Shown: in pieces, positions 13,982 to 28,747 of the stretch
Numbering within the stretch: position 1 is the first letter of the stretch
Layout of the letters: every line of letters begins with the position of its first letter
Origin: Chrysomallon squamiferum
Taxonomy: Eukaryota; Animalia; Mollusca
Direction: 5' to 3'
NCBI GenBank assembly: GCA_012295275.1
Contig: CM022665.1
Location: 19,282,001 to 19,346,000, forward strand
DNA length: 64,000 nt
Translations under genes and position numbers: made by a program
Notes under the pieces: generated by a model
Seen by the model: only the letters and a program-made list of their open reading frames with translations
What the model was told of the DNA's origin: nothing
The model's database searches: none

Positions 13982-16053
13982 CAATCCTTCCATAATTAAA
14001 AAAATTAATTAATTAATTAATAATAATAATAAAAACCCCCAACAATAAATGAAATGAATTGTAGACTTTATTTGCAGAAAAAAAAAAAAAAAAAAAAAAA
14101 ACCGAGAAAAAACCCCAACAAAAACAACTAAGAAGATTAAGGGAAACAACTGGAAGAAATAAATGTAAAGAGGAACCCAAGTAACTGAAGATGTTTTGCA
14201 CATGATAAATCCATTTTTCCAGTTTTCACTTCAGAAAGTGAAGAGGATATTTTTCAACGAATATCACGTTTTCTTTCCCGACGTCATTTCAGGGATAGAA
14301 AGGTGAAAAAGAATATTAGATTACCTAGAGATGGCAACCTTATAACGTTTTCTTAAGCTCTGATAAAAATGAATAACTGACATAGTGTTTATTTTTGTCA
14401 TCTATCAGGTTTTTTTCACATTTCGAATAAAAGAAAACTGATATGACAAAGAGCTAATAATGAATGTCTCATGTGTTTGAAAAGATAAGGTATTTTGTCT
14501 CATTATTCTTCTACTGATTTGTCGTACAAAGTGAAACATGTTTATACCATCTAGACTATTTGTAAATGTGCAGCGCTGAAAACAGAAAAGATTTCATGAT
14601 AAAAATATGCTCTTCGATAATAAAGTGTCCTTCTTTAGAATTTGTTTTTATTTCATTTTTTTTTCTTGACAGCACAACCTAAGTAAACATCAAAGCACAA
14701 ATAAAATATACTTTGATTGCTTTTAATGATTATTGCTCTATTCTAGAAAGATCAATACTGCTGCTAGTGATAAATCATTACTATCAGAAAACCAACACGC
14801 ACCCTATATACAGATTAAGTAGGTTTAATAACTTCATTATTCCGACAGATTTACAAAACTAGAAGAATTCCAATGAGCAATTTTCTGTTCAGAATCTTCT
14901 GAAAGCTGCTTTTCATTGATCGAATTTTATTTACTTTCTGGTCTTTTAAATAAAAATGAATAACATACAAACATCTCTGCATAATACTGAGATATAAAAA
15001 ATGATGTCAATTGTAACGGGCAGAGGAGGTGATATTAATAGTTAAAATATACTCAAGAGTTACTCACTACGTAAGTTTTACTCATAAAATCACTGTCCTA
15101 GGACTCTGTGTAGGAGGAAGGCTAGATGACGGAAGGCCATTGCCAGCACAAGAACCCAACCGTGCTGGAAAAGGGGAACACTTAATTCAACTGTAAAGAC
15201 CAGACTTCTTCTGAAACAGAACGCACTTGAGTTCAACTGACCATTTAACTGTACTGTTATCTCCTAACAAAACAAATAAGCATGCTCTCCATGTCACAGT
15301 TTGCTCTTTCAACGAGCACTTGGCTCTGTGGATGCCTACGTTTTCCTTGGACCTTCACCAACTGTGGCAACAGTACTTTCAGTTCAGTGATTACAAATAT
15401 TTTCAGAACATGACAGTAATCATACATACTTCCTGTAACAAACACAGCCACTTACTCACACATACACACGTACGTACATTTGTTTGTGTGTGTGTATGTG
15501 TGTGACTGTGTATTAATTTATGTGTAGATATAGTAATGGGTGATACGAATATTACTTAATCAAATATTGAATTATTGATTTTATTGCTTAATATTTTGTG
15601 GTAAAACGAACAAATCTAAGTCTAAAACAGGTTTAATTTCAGTTTTTCAGTTTTTATTTGTCTTTTACACTTCTAGGACGATATAAGCGGTACCATTGTT
15701 TATACTCTAAGAAGAACCATAAATGACAGTGGACAGTTTGATTTGACAGTTTCACTACTCAGCACACATGCACCAAATTGGAAATATCCTTCTTACAAAG
15801 AAAGGATTTAGTAATGAATACGTCACTGCAGTTACATTACAGGTAATATAAAATTAATGAAGTACAAATTTGCCTTTGTGTTTAATAGAGATAAATTATC
15901 TTAGTCAGTTTCCAATAATCGAACCATCGTAGATCATTATGTTGTAAATAAGAGTATTAATGTATTAACGTCTTCTCCAAATCAATATTTAATTTTGAAT
16001 CTTTGGTTTAATTAAATGCATATTTTCAGAGCTGTCTTTCTGCACTATTTAGA

Positions 16054-16100
16054 CCAGTGGTTCCCAACCTTTTTTGCTCCATGCCCCACCTCAACATCTA
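16054..16100 (+). mobile_element. Possible hAT/Charlie-type terminal sequence remnant
   Basis: cagtggttcccaacctttttt resembles the recurrent Charlie-type TIR start. No partner end was found. Confidence 0.35.
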
Positions 16101-17459
16101 AAAAATGTTTATATCTCCCTTTGATATAAAAACAAACTAAGTTTTGTAAAATGTTTTCCATTTATCAGGTGAAACCATTCATGTACAAAAAAAAAACAAA
16201 AACATATATATATAATTTATTGTTATACATTTTATTTACAGATTGTTCTTATAAACAAAACACCATATGAGAAATACAAAGAATGTACGTAAACACTGTA
16301 AAATATTTAATTTTCTGCAGTATTTTCTAAGGGTTTGGATGCTATATAATTTGTGAGGGATTAAATACACTGAAGAGGTCGTTAATGGAGAAAGGTAGAA
16401 AGTAAAATACGTTATTGATTTGCGAATTATTAATAAATATCTTTACTTGATTAATTTGTTTTTATACAACAGATACAGATTTGTGGAAGCACTAGTTGGA
16501 AAGTATGGAAGTACTGAAAATGGTTCATGGAATGGATTTATTGGACTGATCGTCGGAAACGTGAATGTAATGTAATAACAAGAAAGACAAAGGGATCACT
16601 GAAGCTATACATATACATATACATTCACTCAAAGAAAAGCATATATCAGTTAACCTGTTTCCCCAATGTAATTAGATTAAATGTGTATATTTTACAGAAG
16701 GCTGACTTAATAATGGCCGATATAAGCACAACATATTCCAGATGACAATAGGTCGTGTTCACTCATCCTTTTAATTTCGATGTTTCGACTGCCGACACAC
16801 ACTAACAGCAAATGGTATCTCAGTTACATTAGGCTCTACAGAAGACAGGTTCATGCCTTCATCATCTTCGCCTAGCTTTTTGTCATATTTATTGTTTGGG
16901 TGAACCCATTTTATAAAGATATGAAAGTAGTAGACAAGGATGATCATTCTAAATTTTTTTTTTTTTTTTTTTTTGTATCTTTATGGTTCTGTTCTTACAT
17001 ATTTATCAAGATCAAGTAAGAGCTGTTGTTATTTTCATTGTGCTAGTAAAAAACAATGAACAACAACAACAACAACAAAAACAAAAACAATAATAATAAT
17101 AATAAATTTGTAATTATGATGAAAGTGACGACATGATAAATATTATGAGGATGATGATTACTGAAAACATTTGTAAATAAATGGAATGCAGTGCTAGTAA
17201 TTATAGTAGTGACTGTTATAGATTAGTAGAGACTGAAGTAGTAGTACTAGTAGTAGTTGTAGTAGTAGTAGAAGAAAAACAGAAAGAAAAAGTGCTGGTG
17301 GTTGCTGCAACAATAACACCACTAACAGCACATGTTTAGAATCCCTTATCCGAAATGCTTGAGAAAGGAAATTATTTATTTTGGAATATAAGGATAATGT
17401 TTGATATATATATATTATAATATGAAAAACAACCAGAAAACTGGAAGAAAACACTATTT

Positions 17460-17936
17460 GGCTTCTAGGACAATTGCGCCCGGGACAATTTCCCCCCCCC
17501 CACCGCCGCCATTTTTTCTTCCAGTAATGATATTCAAGCATAACGACATATATGCATAAGAACAGTACTTCAAAAAATAACAAACAACATATAAAATGAA
17601 ATTCAGAGTAGTCTGTGCATAGTTCTCTAGTAAAGCTTTGAACAGCAACAGTTCATTCACAAGTATAGGTTCCACTCGCCGGTGCATGTTCCTCATGCCA
17701 ATCTTGTAACGTGCATCACGTCTACGACCCACGAACTTGTAATCAAAATACTCCAGTATTTGTAATACAGAGTCATCCACTGAACGAATGCAATGACAGC
17801 TATCTGACGGATCAGTAACGGATCAGTACCGTAACGAACATAATGGTATAGTGGAAGAAAAATGAGGGCCGTTGTCAAGGGGCAGTTTTCCGGGGTGTGG
17901 AGGCAGTTATCCGGGCGGCAATATTTCTGACATCCA
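17460..17936 (-). mobile_element. MULE-like DNA transposon relic
   Basis: GC-rich ggacaattgcgcccgggacaatttccccccc at the left end and an inverted, degenerate ggggcagttttccgggg..ggcagttatccgggcggcaat at the right. The internal minus-strand peptide LEYFDYKFVGRRRDARYKIGMRNMHRR resembles the MULE Y-F-...-GR...W-N region. Confidence 0.45.
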
Positions 17937-20900
17937 CTATTTCTGTGTTTGGAAAAAGCTTCGGGTTTCGGGATTTCCGTTAAGGAATCCTCATCTTGGA
18001 ATAGTAATAATGGTAGTGGCAGTAGAATCAGTAATAAATTTCGTTTATAGATATAGGTTATCACTGCAAACTCTAGCTACGCGGCCTCAATATCTACCTT
18101 CTGATTTAAGCGAATATACTAGGAAATTATAAATACACCTCCCAGCGCTTTTGTGTAAACACCCTAGTGAATCCATATCAAAATCAACTTCTATGACGAA
18201 AGCTTATTTATTATGTTTAGTTAAGACATAACACGTAACTTAGTGTATGTTAATTAATTTTAAGGGAAAAAAAAGAAGATAATAATATGTTACGTTATTC
18301 GGTATCTGAATTCTGTTTACATAAAGATTTACTGCCATGATTTTTTTAGGTAACAGAACAATATTTTATCCGTTAAGCAAGCATGAATACGAACTAGCAC
18401 AGGATAAAATGTAGCTTCTTTCATTTTCATTAAAACAAATATTTAGACGAAAAACAGTATTTGAATAAAGCCTGTAAAAAACATAAAATTTAATGTAATG
18501 CACAAATAAAAATTATTTCAAATGAGTTTAGAGAACGATACAAAACATTTTTGTATGAAAAAATGTACGAGATTAAATGATTTATATCATAATATATAAC
18601 TCTGATCCGGTAAGATGGGTATATTATTAATGTTGTTGCATAAACACACACTTTGTAACATTTTTTTTACAAAGAAAACAATTAAATATTTTATAACAGA
18701 TAAAAACGGAAAACCTACTAACATCGTTATTATAGTTCTTGAAATGATGATGTTGATGTTGTTGCTTCCGTTGGTATTATTATTTATTTTATTTTATTTT
18801 ATTTCTTCTCTTTCTGACTGAGAAACAATTGTTCCATAATTAATTATTAAAGAATATGTGAAGTCAAGAACAGATTTTTCTTGGAACGTGGTGGATATTT
18901 GCCATCATTATGGCCAGATATATAGCTGCAACCTCATTGCTTTTTAAAAGTCAACATCCTAAAATTATCATTTAATACAACATCTGGAATGCTTAAACAA
19001 CCGCAGTGCAAATGGGAACATTTGGAGGATCAAACTATATTAGGTATTTTGAGGTATGATCTTAAACAAATTAAAAAACACAAGAAAGAAAAACACGGTA
19101 TTTTTCACTCACTCAGCTCTTATATAAAAAAAAAAAAAAAAAATTAAAAATTAATAAAATAACAATGACACGGACGAAAACAGTCAGTCGTGAACCTAAG
19201 CTATGCTATTTCTCTATATCGTGAAATACATAATCTGATCATGAAGTAATGAAAACGATATAATTTATAAAATAAAATCCTTTGTAATCATCATTTCCAG
19301 ACTTCGAATGACCGTAATTTTAGAAAAGTGGCTGAAGGATTTAAAAGATTTTCACAACAAGATCCTTCTTCGTTAAGTACAAAGGCTGAAGAACATCGAC
19401 TTAAAGTGTTGAATGGAAACTACTGTTTTATAGGTGGAAAACCAACACTGGAATACTGGGTCAGTCAGAACTGCCAGCTCAAATTACTCAGTGAAGGATT
19501 TTATTCCTTGCTCTATGGAATTGGACTGCCGAAAAATTCACCTTACACAAGACTCTTTTCTGAGCAGTGAGTATATTATCAGTGTTATTGTTCTATTATT
19601 GTTTTTATTATTTTTTTCGTCATCTTTGTAGTCATTATTATCACCAGTGTCGTCTTCATTAACATTACCCACGTTTTTATTTTTGTCATCGTTTTTGTTA
19701 TTATTAATGCTGTTTTGTTGTTGTTGTTGTTGTTATTTCACTGGTGTTGTTTGTTTACGTCTTCGTTTACGTCTTTACAAAAATATAAATTATCTGTTGT
19801 TGTGACTGAATATAATTCAAACTAATCAAACTCATACAGGATTCGTCAGCACCGTTCCAAGGCTCATCAGATTTTAACAAATTTTATCTGTATTAACGAG
19901 AGAAAATAGAAATAATAATAATAATAATAAAAAATAATAAATAAATAAATAAAATGTGAACTGGTGATCTGAACAAAAGATGGCAATTTAAAATTAATTT
20001 GCTGAAATCACATCATTTTGAAAGCAAAACAAATAAAATACAACAGTACAAAAAACAAAATCGAGTTTTTAATGAGAGGTAGCAGAGTGCACTGAATTAA
20101 TTTATTTATTTATTATAAACTATTCATTCACTCGATCTATTTAGTATTCATTGAGAAGAACCATTTTGTCTGATGCTTTCATTAAATGTTGCTTATTGAT
20201 ATTTCAGAACAATCACTCTTCACAAGACTGAAATTATGGCGATGATGAAAGCAAAATGTAGGCCGGGTAATAGATGCAACGAGAAGAAACTGAAATGTTC
20301 ACGAACAATCAATTTATCCGACATTCAGTCAGCATTCTACTTTCTGGTTATTGGAATTATGATTACAACGGTAATGCTCGCTTTGTGGAACTAATTTATG
20401 TTAAACTGAAGATGTACCATAACTGTTGATGAGAACAATACTTGGAATCAAAATACAATTAAATTTATTTTTATCACAATTTCATAATTAAGGCATTATA
20501 AAGGCTGAAAAATAAATTCTTGCACATTTGGCAGATTAATATTCTTGTGAGAAACAGAAAGAGAGAGACTAACAGATTGATAGTCATCCAGATGAAATCA
20601 TAAATTTAGTGCGTAGATTGACATGAAAGCATTGACCTATGCATGTATGGTATAAACATCAGTATCCATGTTCCATTGAGTATCTCTGTAAATTTATATA
20701 TTATGCATATTACACGTGGACATTATGTTTAATTTATAATAAAGTTTCTGAAAAGGAGTTTCTTGAGAAAATATTGAACGGCTTTTATGATTAAACCTTT
20801 AGAAAAAATCCATCAAATTCAGTGGAGATAGTCTTTTATGAGACTAATAATAATTAACTCTTGCACTTTATTCGAATCAGTAACTACGGAAGTCTTAAGT

Positions 20901-21330
20901 AACTGATAATTTTTCATATTGTGAATTTGTTTTAACAAAAGCACTGGACAAGAAAAAAATTATCATATGAATTCACACTCGTTTACTCGCAGTTAACTGG
21001 AATCATGGAAGTTGTCTTAGAAATTCTTGTTAATATATTAAGGATTTGATTTTGTGGTTATTGTTGCTCTTTTTTTCTCTTTTTGTTTTTTTCTTTTCTT
21101 TTTTTACCAAATCATACAAATTAATCTACAAATTACTTCTTTTCTTTAGCAAGAACAGTTCAGTTCTTTTAAAAGTTGCATGTGGTTTACTGCTCTGTCA
21201 AACAGAATATATAATCGATCGCTTTCTTTATAACCAAAAGAAGAATGGATATAACAATAGCATGAGATATTTCCGTTGTCACCATGGAGTTGAAACATTC
21301 ATGGTAAATCTGTTTTTATAAAAAGAAGTA

Positions 21331-24300
21331 ATGGTTGAATTTCCCACCATGTACCTACTCAAATTCGGATTAATTTATATTTTATATGTACGTTTCGCTC
21401 ACGTCAGCAAAGTCAAAGAAGCTGCAGCAAATGGAATATATGAGAAAACGTTACAAAATGACAGTCTGAACTGTATGGAAGCTAATAATTTCGACACCTT
21501 TTGGCTTGGTGAAGACAACGATTCTGACATTGTTCTTAAAAACGAATTTAGCGATGTGGAGCTGGTGACAAAATTAATAAAACACGAGGGCTGGAAATCT
21601 GTGTCTATAGTATATCAGGAAGAAAATAACAGTGAGTATAGATTATAAAACTGTTTTTGTTATCGAATGAAACATCGGTACATATAATTTATACTTTCAT
21701 CAACATCATAATACGTTTTGTTACTGACGCTTATTAAATGTAAAAAAAAAACATTTTTTTCAACGTAATGACGAAGAAATTCATTCCCTCCATTTTTCTA
21801 CCTAATATTAACGATTAAAGGCTATTTTATAAATATAGACAATGAATTTGATAGCTTTTTAGCTGACCGAGAATCCTGATTTTGTTTTTGTTTTTCGATC
21901 ACCAATTTTCCATCTGTAACTATACATACTAATACGTTTGATACAGTGATCCGTAATGCATCCGAAATGAAATAGTGTTTAAAATGGCTCACGTATAACG
22001 ACATTCACATTTCTTTTCAGCTACGTTAACTTTGAAACAAAAGCTTTCAGAACTTGGCGTTATGGCAAGCTTTTTTTATATCAAGAGTTTTAATGATTTT
22101 TCACAACTGGTGCCAGCTACATCATTGATACCAGTTATTCTTCTGTGTTTGGACAGAGCTTGTATTAAACGAATAATATGGCAGGTTTGTATCCACCAAG
22201 TTTTATATATATATGAAACAACGGATCTCATAAATATTTATTTTCTGTAACGATTGTATTTATTGTACAATGCTATAATAATTCATGATTTATTAAATTT
22301 TGATAAAGATTTAATGAATTCATTGCTAATATATGTATAAATATGTGTATGTGTACGTACATACATACATAAATACATACGTACATGTCTACATACAATA
22401 GATAGATAGATAGATATAGATAGGTATATAGATAGGTATACAGATATATAGATAGATAGATATAGTCGAGCTTCAAAAATTCCAGTTCTCGAATTGAAAA
22501 TCTGTACTGGCCGAGCTGTTAACAGTAGAACTGCAAACGTCGATAACGCGAATATCTTTATTTCTCTAAGAAGTTTAGCGCTCCCAGACCACTGATTCCG
22601 GTTACGTCTGTATTGTCTTTTTTTTTCTGTTTTATTTATCAGTATATAAAATTGTAGATAGATAGATAGATACCATTCATTTCAAATTCATTTTAATTGT
22701 GTCTTTTATTGATTTTGTTATTTTGTTCGTTTATGCAGTAAGTTCAAAAGGTCATCACTCTTCAAATTATACGTATGTACCAAAAAAATGATATCTGTGG
22801 AATACTTGTGAAATTAACTTCCTAAAAATAACCGTTTCAGCTAGATTAACCAGTTGCCTGCTGAGTTATGGCCATCTGAATATTTGATGTTAAATATCAG
22901 CACTAGTTACCCTAAATACCAAGAGGGAGTGCGGTTTCACTGTCCCATTATACTGGGTGATTTGACAGCGAATGATTCTTATAATAAAACTTTTAGTAAA
23001 TAATGTTCAAGTAACCATATTTGGTGGGCTGCATAAACGACTATCACATAAATATTGCACTAGTTCATTCTTGATTATATTGTTTAATGCATGATGACAA
23101 CATCTAGACAACGTATATCAGAGAGCTCGCCTCAAATTTCTTTCCCTGTGTCCAGCTATTCTCTTTCTCTGTGACTGTCTTTCACACTAACAACATCACA
23201 ACATATGCGCAGACCGTTACTGTCCTGGGTTCCTTAAGATAGGTCCAGTGACAGAGTTTACAATATATTAATATTGCAAGTGTCTTTCCTAAGAAGGAAT
23301 TTCCTAAGTACCAAAATCTAAATAAAGAGAAATAAACCTGAGTGGTGTTTCTGCATGTTCAGTTTAATAATAGATTACGCTGCGTGCTTTATCTGAATTC
23401 TTAGTACTTGTTATTTTGTACTCATTTATTTATTTGGTTATTTATTTATGAATGTGACAGGAATGCTATACTCGAAAGCGACTGACATTAGAAGCACAGC
23501 TACACTGGCTGATCGTGTGGCCGGAGTTACGTAGTATTACACAGTTGTTCACCTTGCTGACGTGCTGTGTTACACATATTGCCCTGGTTGTCAGAAGTGA
23601 CCAACCACAAACACCCTGTGTAAGTAAAGTTTGTTTATTTTTGTTGTATGTTCTGTTTCTGTCTTTTTTCTTCTTCTTCTTTTTTCTAATTTTTTTATTT
23701 ATTATTTTTATTTTTACGTGTTTTTTTTAAAATTGTATTGTTGTTGTCGCTGCTACTTTCGTGGACTGCTTCTGTTATTGGTACTGCTACCATCACCACC
23801 ACCATTACTATCACCACTACTGCTACTACTACTTTGATATACTTTTTTATATACTGAGTTGTTTGTTTCGCCTCTCTTGAAATAATAAGAATCACATTAT
23901 AATATATGTGCCATGACATTTGCTCACCGGAAATTTGCTCACTGGAAAATCTATCAAAATAATTCAGTCGAGATAGCATAATTGTTCAAGGTCATGATAT
24001 TCTTTGGGGTTTTTTGTACTCGATCTGACATTGTCGTTGAAGTAAATGAAACACTGAATTATTCTAATTGATCAAAAGTTCCACATGCTCATAAAATCTT
24101 TTGACCATGATTTGGTACCGCTCAGAGCAACAAAGGCTCAAGGGTTTTTCTTATTAGGTCTACGTATGTAGATAATAAAATAGCTTTTCGTGTCTGGTGG
24201 CTTTCTATCATTTTCGCCCGGAATGATATATGGAGAAAATTTCGAAGCAAATTTTTAGGGGAGCGGATACTTAATTTGGAATAACTTTCATTAGAATCAC

Positions 24301-25963
24301 CCTATAAATGTGTGTTTTCTATTCCCCCTATCAATTCCACATCATAATAAAACCGCAAAACTTTGTCATCATAATTCAAAAGTTCACCAATTTTGGGACG
24401 AACTCAAATTTGCGGATTTCAGTTTTATTATGTCATATATTAGGAAAAAAGCAAAAATCTTGAAATGGCTGGAAACTGTGTCAGAAGTTAATTCTAATCA
24501 TATAATGGCAGCCAGCTAGAAAAAAATATTTAAACTGAAACAAACGAACCAAGCTACCTTTTGCAGGAATTAATACTTTTATGTACGTAATCACATTTAC
24601 CATAAAATTAACTAACATAACACTTTGTTAGAACAAATAAACACTCAAAATGTCTAGTAAGAGGGGTTCTTGACATCAGATATCTTTTAAGAAAATTAAT
24701 ACAAGCTGATCCTAAATACATAAGGATGGATACAGCAATGAGCAAATCATAATAATCAGCTGTATCTAAGCATCCTAATTTAGTTTTTATTTCACACGTA
24801 CAAGAAAGTGGATATCATGAAATTCCATCAATATTTCACTGAAGTGATATTTATAAAGTAATTACTCCCCTTTCATTATTATTATTATTATTACTGTCAA
24901 TAGAGGGCATTAGCTGTCTGTTTCACTTTAACCAAATGGAGGTAGAATGTAATCCTTTGCATTTAACTCAGTTTCACAATCTGATGTACAAGGCATTGGT
25001 ACAACCAGCATGGAGTGGCTTTGGAAGCATGGACAGGAGATAATGAAAAGGCTAAACTGAACCAACTTCTTGTGAAAATTGCTAATGGTCTTGTAAATGA
25101 ATCCAAAATTGGTGAAGCAACATATAAAGAATTGGATATAAATCGTCTAGAAAAGGAAGAGGCAAGTCGGATGGACTTCTTTGCAACCATGAAAAAGCAA
25201 AGGTCGAACATTTTCTGTGATTTGCAGACCAAAAAGGTCAAGTGAAGGGGAAAAGAAATAATGCTGACACGACAAAGTTCATGAATGACATTGCCCAGAA
25301 CGTTCCAGTCGTAGAAACGTCGTTCCCTGATACGTCAGCCTGTTTTATAGATGCACTGTGCATCATTCAGAAATTGGAAGGCAACGGTAAAGTATTCTGT
25401 GACCTAACAAATGCTGAACTGAAGGGGTTCTTAGAAAGGAGGAGACAAGATTGACAGAACCGCTGTTATATTTGAAGTGTATCGAGATTCGTCCATCACA
25501 GATGCAGAACGGACCAACAAAGGCGCCAGATCTGGTGTGAGACTATATATCTGTAGGACATAAGATTAAGCAGTTGAGACGATTTTTCTCTTTAGCTCAC
25601 AACAAGATCTTGCTGCCTGGGATCATGATGGAGCAGCGGAAGTCGGATCATAACAAAGCAATAATTGGAAACAAAACGCTGTATTTTCATATGGATTAAA
25701 GTGTTGGAAAATATAGCGCACTGAGACATCACTGGTCGATGAATTACATTCGACACAGGAGGAAGCATTTGGTCACGGTTTAAAGTGTCATTTATGTCTC
25801 TGAGGACGTTCATGCCTGATTCCGTGAACGCATTCACGGGATGAGAAAAGACAGGACTGCTTAAGCAATTGAAAAAGGACGAAAAAGTCATAGACATTCA
25901 TCAACCCTGCAGGTGTGCACGTGCCGCATCTATGCATCTTCATCAAACACAACCAAAATTAAT

Positions 25964-26016
<53 letters not shown>

Positions 26017-26620
26017 TTAACAAAGAGAAGTGAAGCTGATTCCAGCACTCTACCATGTTGTGAGTACAGTCTTCAGCAGCGCATATAACCAAGCAGGAGG
26101 TCTTTTCAACGAAACCCTGAAGTACCAGAATCCTATGGCCATGGTTGGATAAAGACAGATGCTGGCTCACAAACTGGATGCATGGATGGATAAGCTGCGT
26201 CTGCCATAAGCAAAGTTCCAGTTGATGTAAAGATGCTTTGGTATCATAGTTCATTTGTGAATCACAACCAACTTCAGCAGCTTCAAAGAGGATTCAGTTT
26301 CAAAAAAGGACATCAGTCAATCAGAAACAGAGGCACATCCAAACTCTCTGCAATCCAATTTCTCGTGAAGGAATTCAGTTCGATTATAATTGTTGTTGTT
26401 GCTATATTTACATGTATACTTTTTTTAAATGTATTATTAAAATTTCTTATTTGATATCTGGCGGTGGGAAATATCCATTTTTTAACTTTTGGGCTGAGCA
26501 ACTGTCTACTGGACAAATATCCTACAATCAAAATATCACAGGTTCATTTTACCTTGTCTTCTTTCTTTCTTTCTGTTTATTATCATTATTATTATTTATT
26601 TATTTATTTTTCTTATTATC

Positions 26621-26660
<40 letters not shown>

Positions 26661-26883
26661 TTTTATTATTATTATTTATTATTATTATTGTTATTATTGT
26701 TAATATTATTAAATGTTCTCCAGTAATATTCGCAAGGTTCTCTCTAAAGGAGTTACAATTAACAAAGCTATTTTCTTTTCTTCTTTTTTTTGTCCCAGAA
26801 AACAAATAAAAATACTGATCACAGAGATGACGGTGAACAAGATGTTGCAAAAGAATAAAACTGTTTTTGTCTTCAAGTTTTCA

Positions 26884-26950
<67 letters not shown>

Positions 26951-28681
26951 ATTATTATTGTTGTTATTATTATTTTATTATTATTATTACTACTACTACT
27001 ACTGCTGCTGTTGTTGTTTTTGTTATTGTTTTTGGTTTCATTTTAGTTTCACTGCTGTCTTTTTATAATATGCATTTATATATCTACAAACACGGAAGAT
27101 AAAATGCTGTTATTATTTTATTAATAACGGTTTACGCAAAAACGTATTTTAAAATTTATTTCAATTTGGTTTATCAGTATAAGCCTTTACCTTTTATTTT
27201 TATAATAATGTATAAATAAATTAATGTTTCTGATTATACTTTTGCTTTTATATGTATCTATTAATGCATATATGCATGTATATTGTGTGTATTAATGTCT
27301 CTTTATCGTAATATATTTATGTATATATGAATAATTTTGTTGATGTCAGAAATTAGTTTTTTTCTTTTTTCTTTTGCTATTTTTTATTCATATGTATCTT
27401 TATATATGGTAGAAATATATGAAATTAAGACAATAAAAAATCTTTGTCTTACATGCAGTCACAAAAAATAATTGTTTCTGTATACACCTTGGTACAAACA
27501 CGCGGTGAAAGAGAGTTAAGTCTGGCAGTGACCATTAACCGTTCTGGAAACAGTACAGCAGTCAGAGACATTTTTCCAAACAACAGATACGGGTTCAATC
27601 ACAAACATTTTACGGCAGTTACATTACAAGTAAGTAATATAAGTAAATAATTAAATTTTAGAATATTGTAATCTTTTTCATTCTGTGTTTCTGGTAAATA
27701 TTAGAATAAATAAATAAAATAAACACACTATATATATATATATTTGTGCGTGTGTTGATATGCGTGTATGTAAGGATGGTCCTTAATTTAAGTTCTGATT
27801 TTTCTTGCTTTAACTCTCTAATTATCATCCATTTGTTAAAACAAAATATAAGTACAGTTTTGTGAATTTTGAAAAATATTTAATGCTATTTCAAGCCTGT
27901 TTACTGAAAATAGACTGAAAATGATTCAGGGCACCTCCAGAATTCCAGCTAGTCATTTCTCGCCTGTGACGTCTGGAGATTGATAAATGAAGGACACTAA
28001 CAGGTTTTCCCTACCTTCTCTGATATTTATTTTCTCTGTATCTATTTTTTTTTTAATCTTGATCGTCACTTGTGTGTTTGCATGTTTTGAAGAACTGAGT
28101 CTCAGAGCATTTCAAGAAAGCAGCGGCATTAATCAACTCCTTGATACAGTGACGTCTTGCAAAATGGAACATGCTTCAGTTCTGTTTGAACTGGTCTTGG
28201 CTAAGCACACACATTTGACCAGCTGAGACATTCTCTGACTGCTTTATTATTCTTGCCATAACCTGTACTTGGTCCTTGCCAGTTCTATGTTCAATTTTGA
28301 GACATCAGTACTAGGAGTTATTTTACCTAATCCAGTCAAATGAAGTGAAGCTTCCCAATTCAAGGCTCTACTAGTGCAATATTCTTAGTCATATTCACTA
28401 ACCAGCCAATTTTATGAGAATAACTAAGATTCGAAATATTCTTGTAATATATCATTCATTTACTTCTAAAAGTACTTTTAAATTGATTATTTTTCTTTCA
28501 GGTGAAACCATTCATGTTTAAAGAAAATGGTCAATATAATGGATTCCTGGTTGACATTCTTAACTTTATAGCACGTTCTCTTAACTTTACGTAAGAAATT
28601 TTACCAACGGCAGGCTTTTAAAACTCACATACACACAGAAAACGTGACAGATACAGTTAAATTATGAAATACACAGAAATG

Positions 28682-28747
<66 letters not shown>

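Larger units (their letters stand above)
15677..20429 (+). pseudogene. IR-A: ionotropic receptor pseudogene, paralog of IR-B
   Basis: Exons homologous to IR-B: 15677-15842 (frameshift; ends GFSNEYVTAVTLQ), 16169-~16200 (VKPFMY, then decayed), 16473-16560 (GKYGSTENGSWNGFIG), 16698-~17015 (KADLIMADISTTYSR*Q*; stops at 16743 and 16749, poly-T expansion), ~18860-19053 (GTWWIFAIIMA, frameshifts, GTFGGSNY), 19301-19566 (intact), 20208-~20429 (DIQSAFYFLVIGI, frameshift). Possible 5' remnants near 11460-11850. Confidence 0.9.

Noticed and set aside
13599-14203. Hydrophobic ORFs rich in F, L, I and Y
   Set aside because: Translations of (TTTA)n and poly-T tracts, with no motifs or exon structure.
15095-15200. 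GC-richer island with a ccagcac/gtgctgg stem, possible ribozyme or LINE 5' end
   Set aside because: Only a 7-bp stem; no catalytic core recognisable by eye.
19328-19570. Identical 80-aa ORFs at 19328 and 32324 read as a duplicated small gene
   Set aside because: Each is an internal exon with AG/GT boundaries; the GTG start and TGA stop are artefacts of ignoring splicing.
26412-27102. Poly-Tyr/Cys/Leu ORFs
   Set aside because: Microsatellite translations within an IR-B intron.
27930-28400. Compositionally distinct intronic segment, possible TE or gene fragment
   Set aside because: No recognisable motif in any frame.
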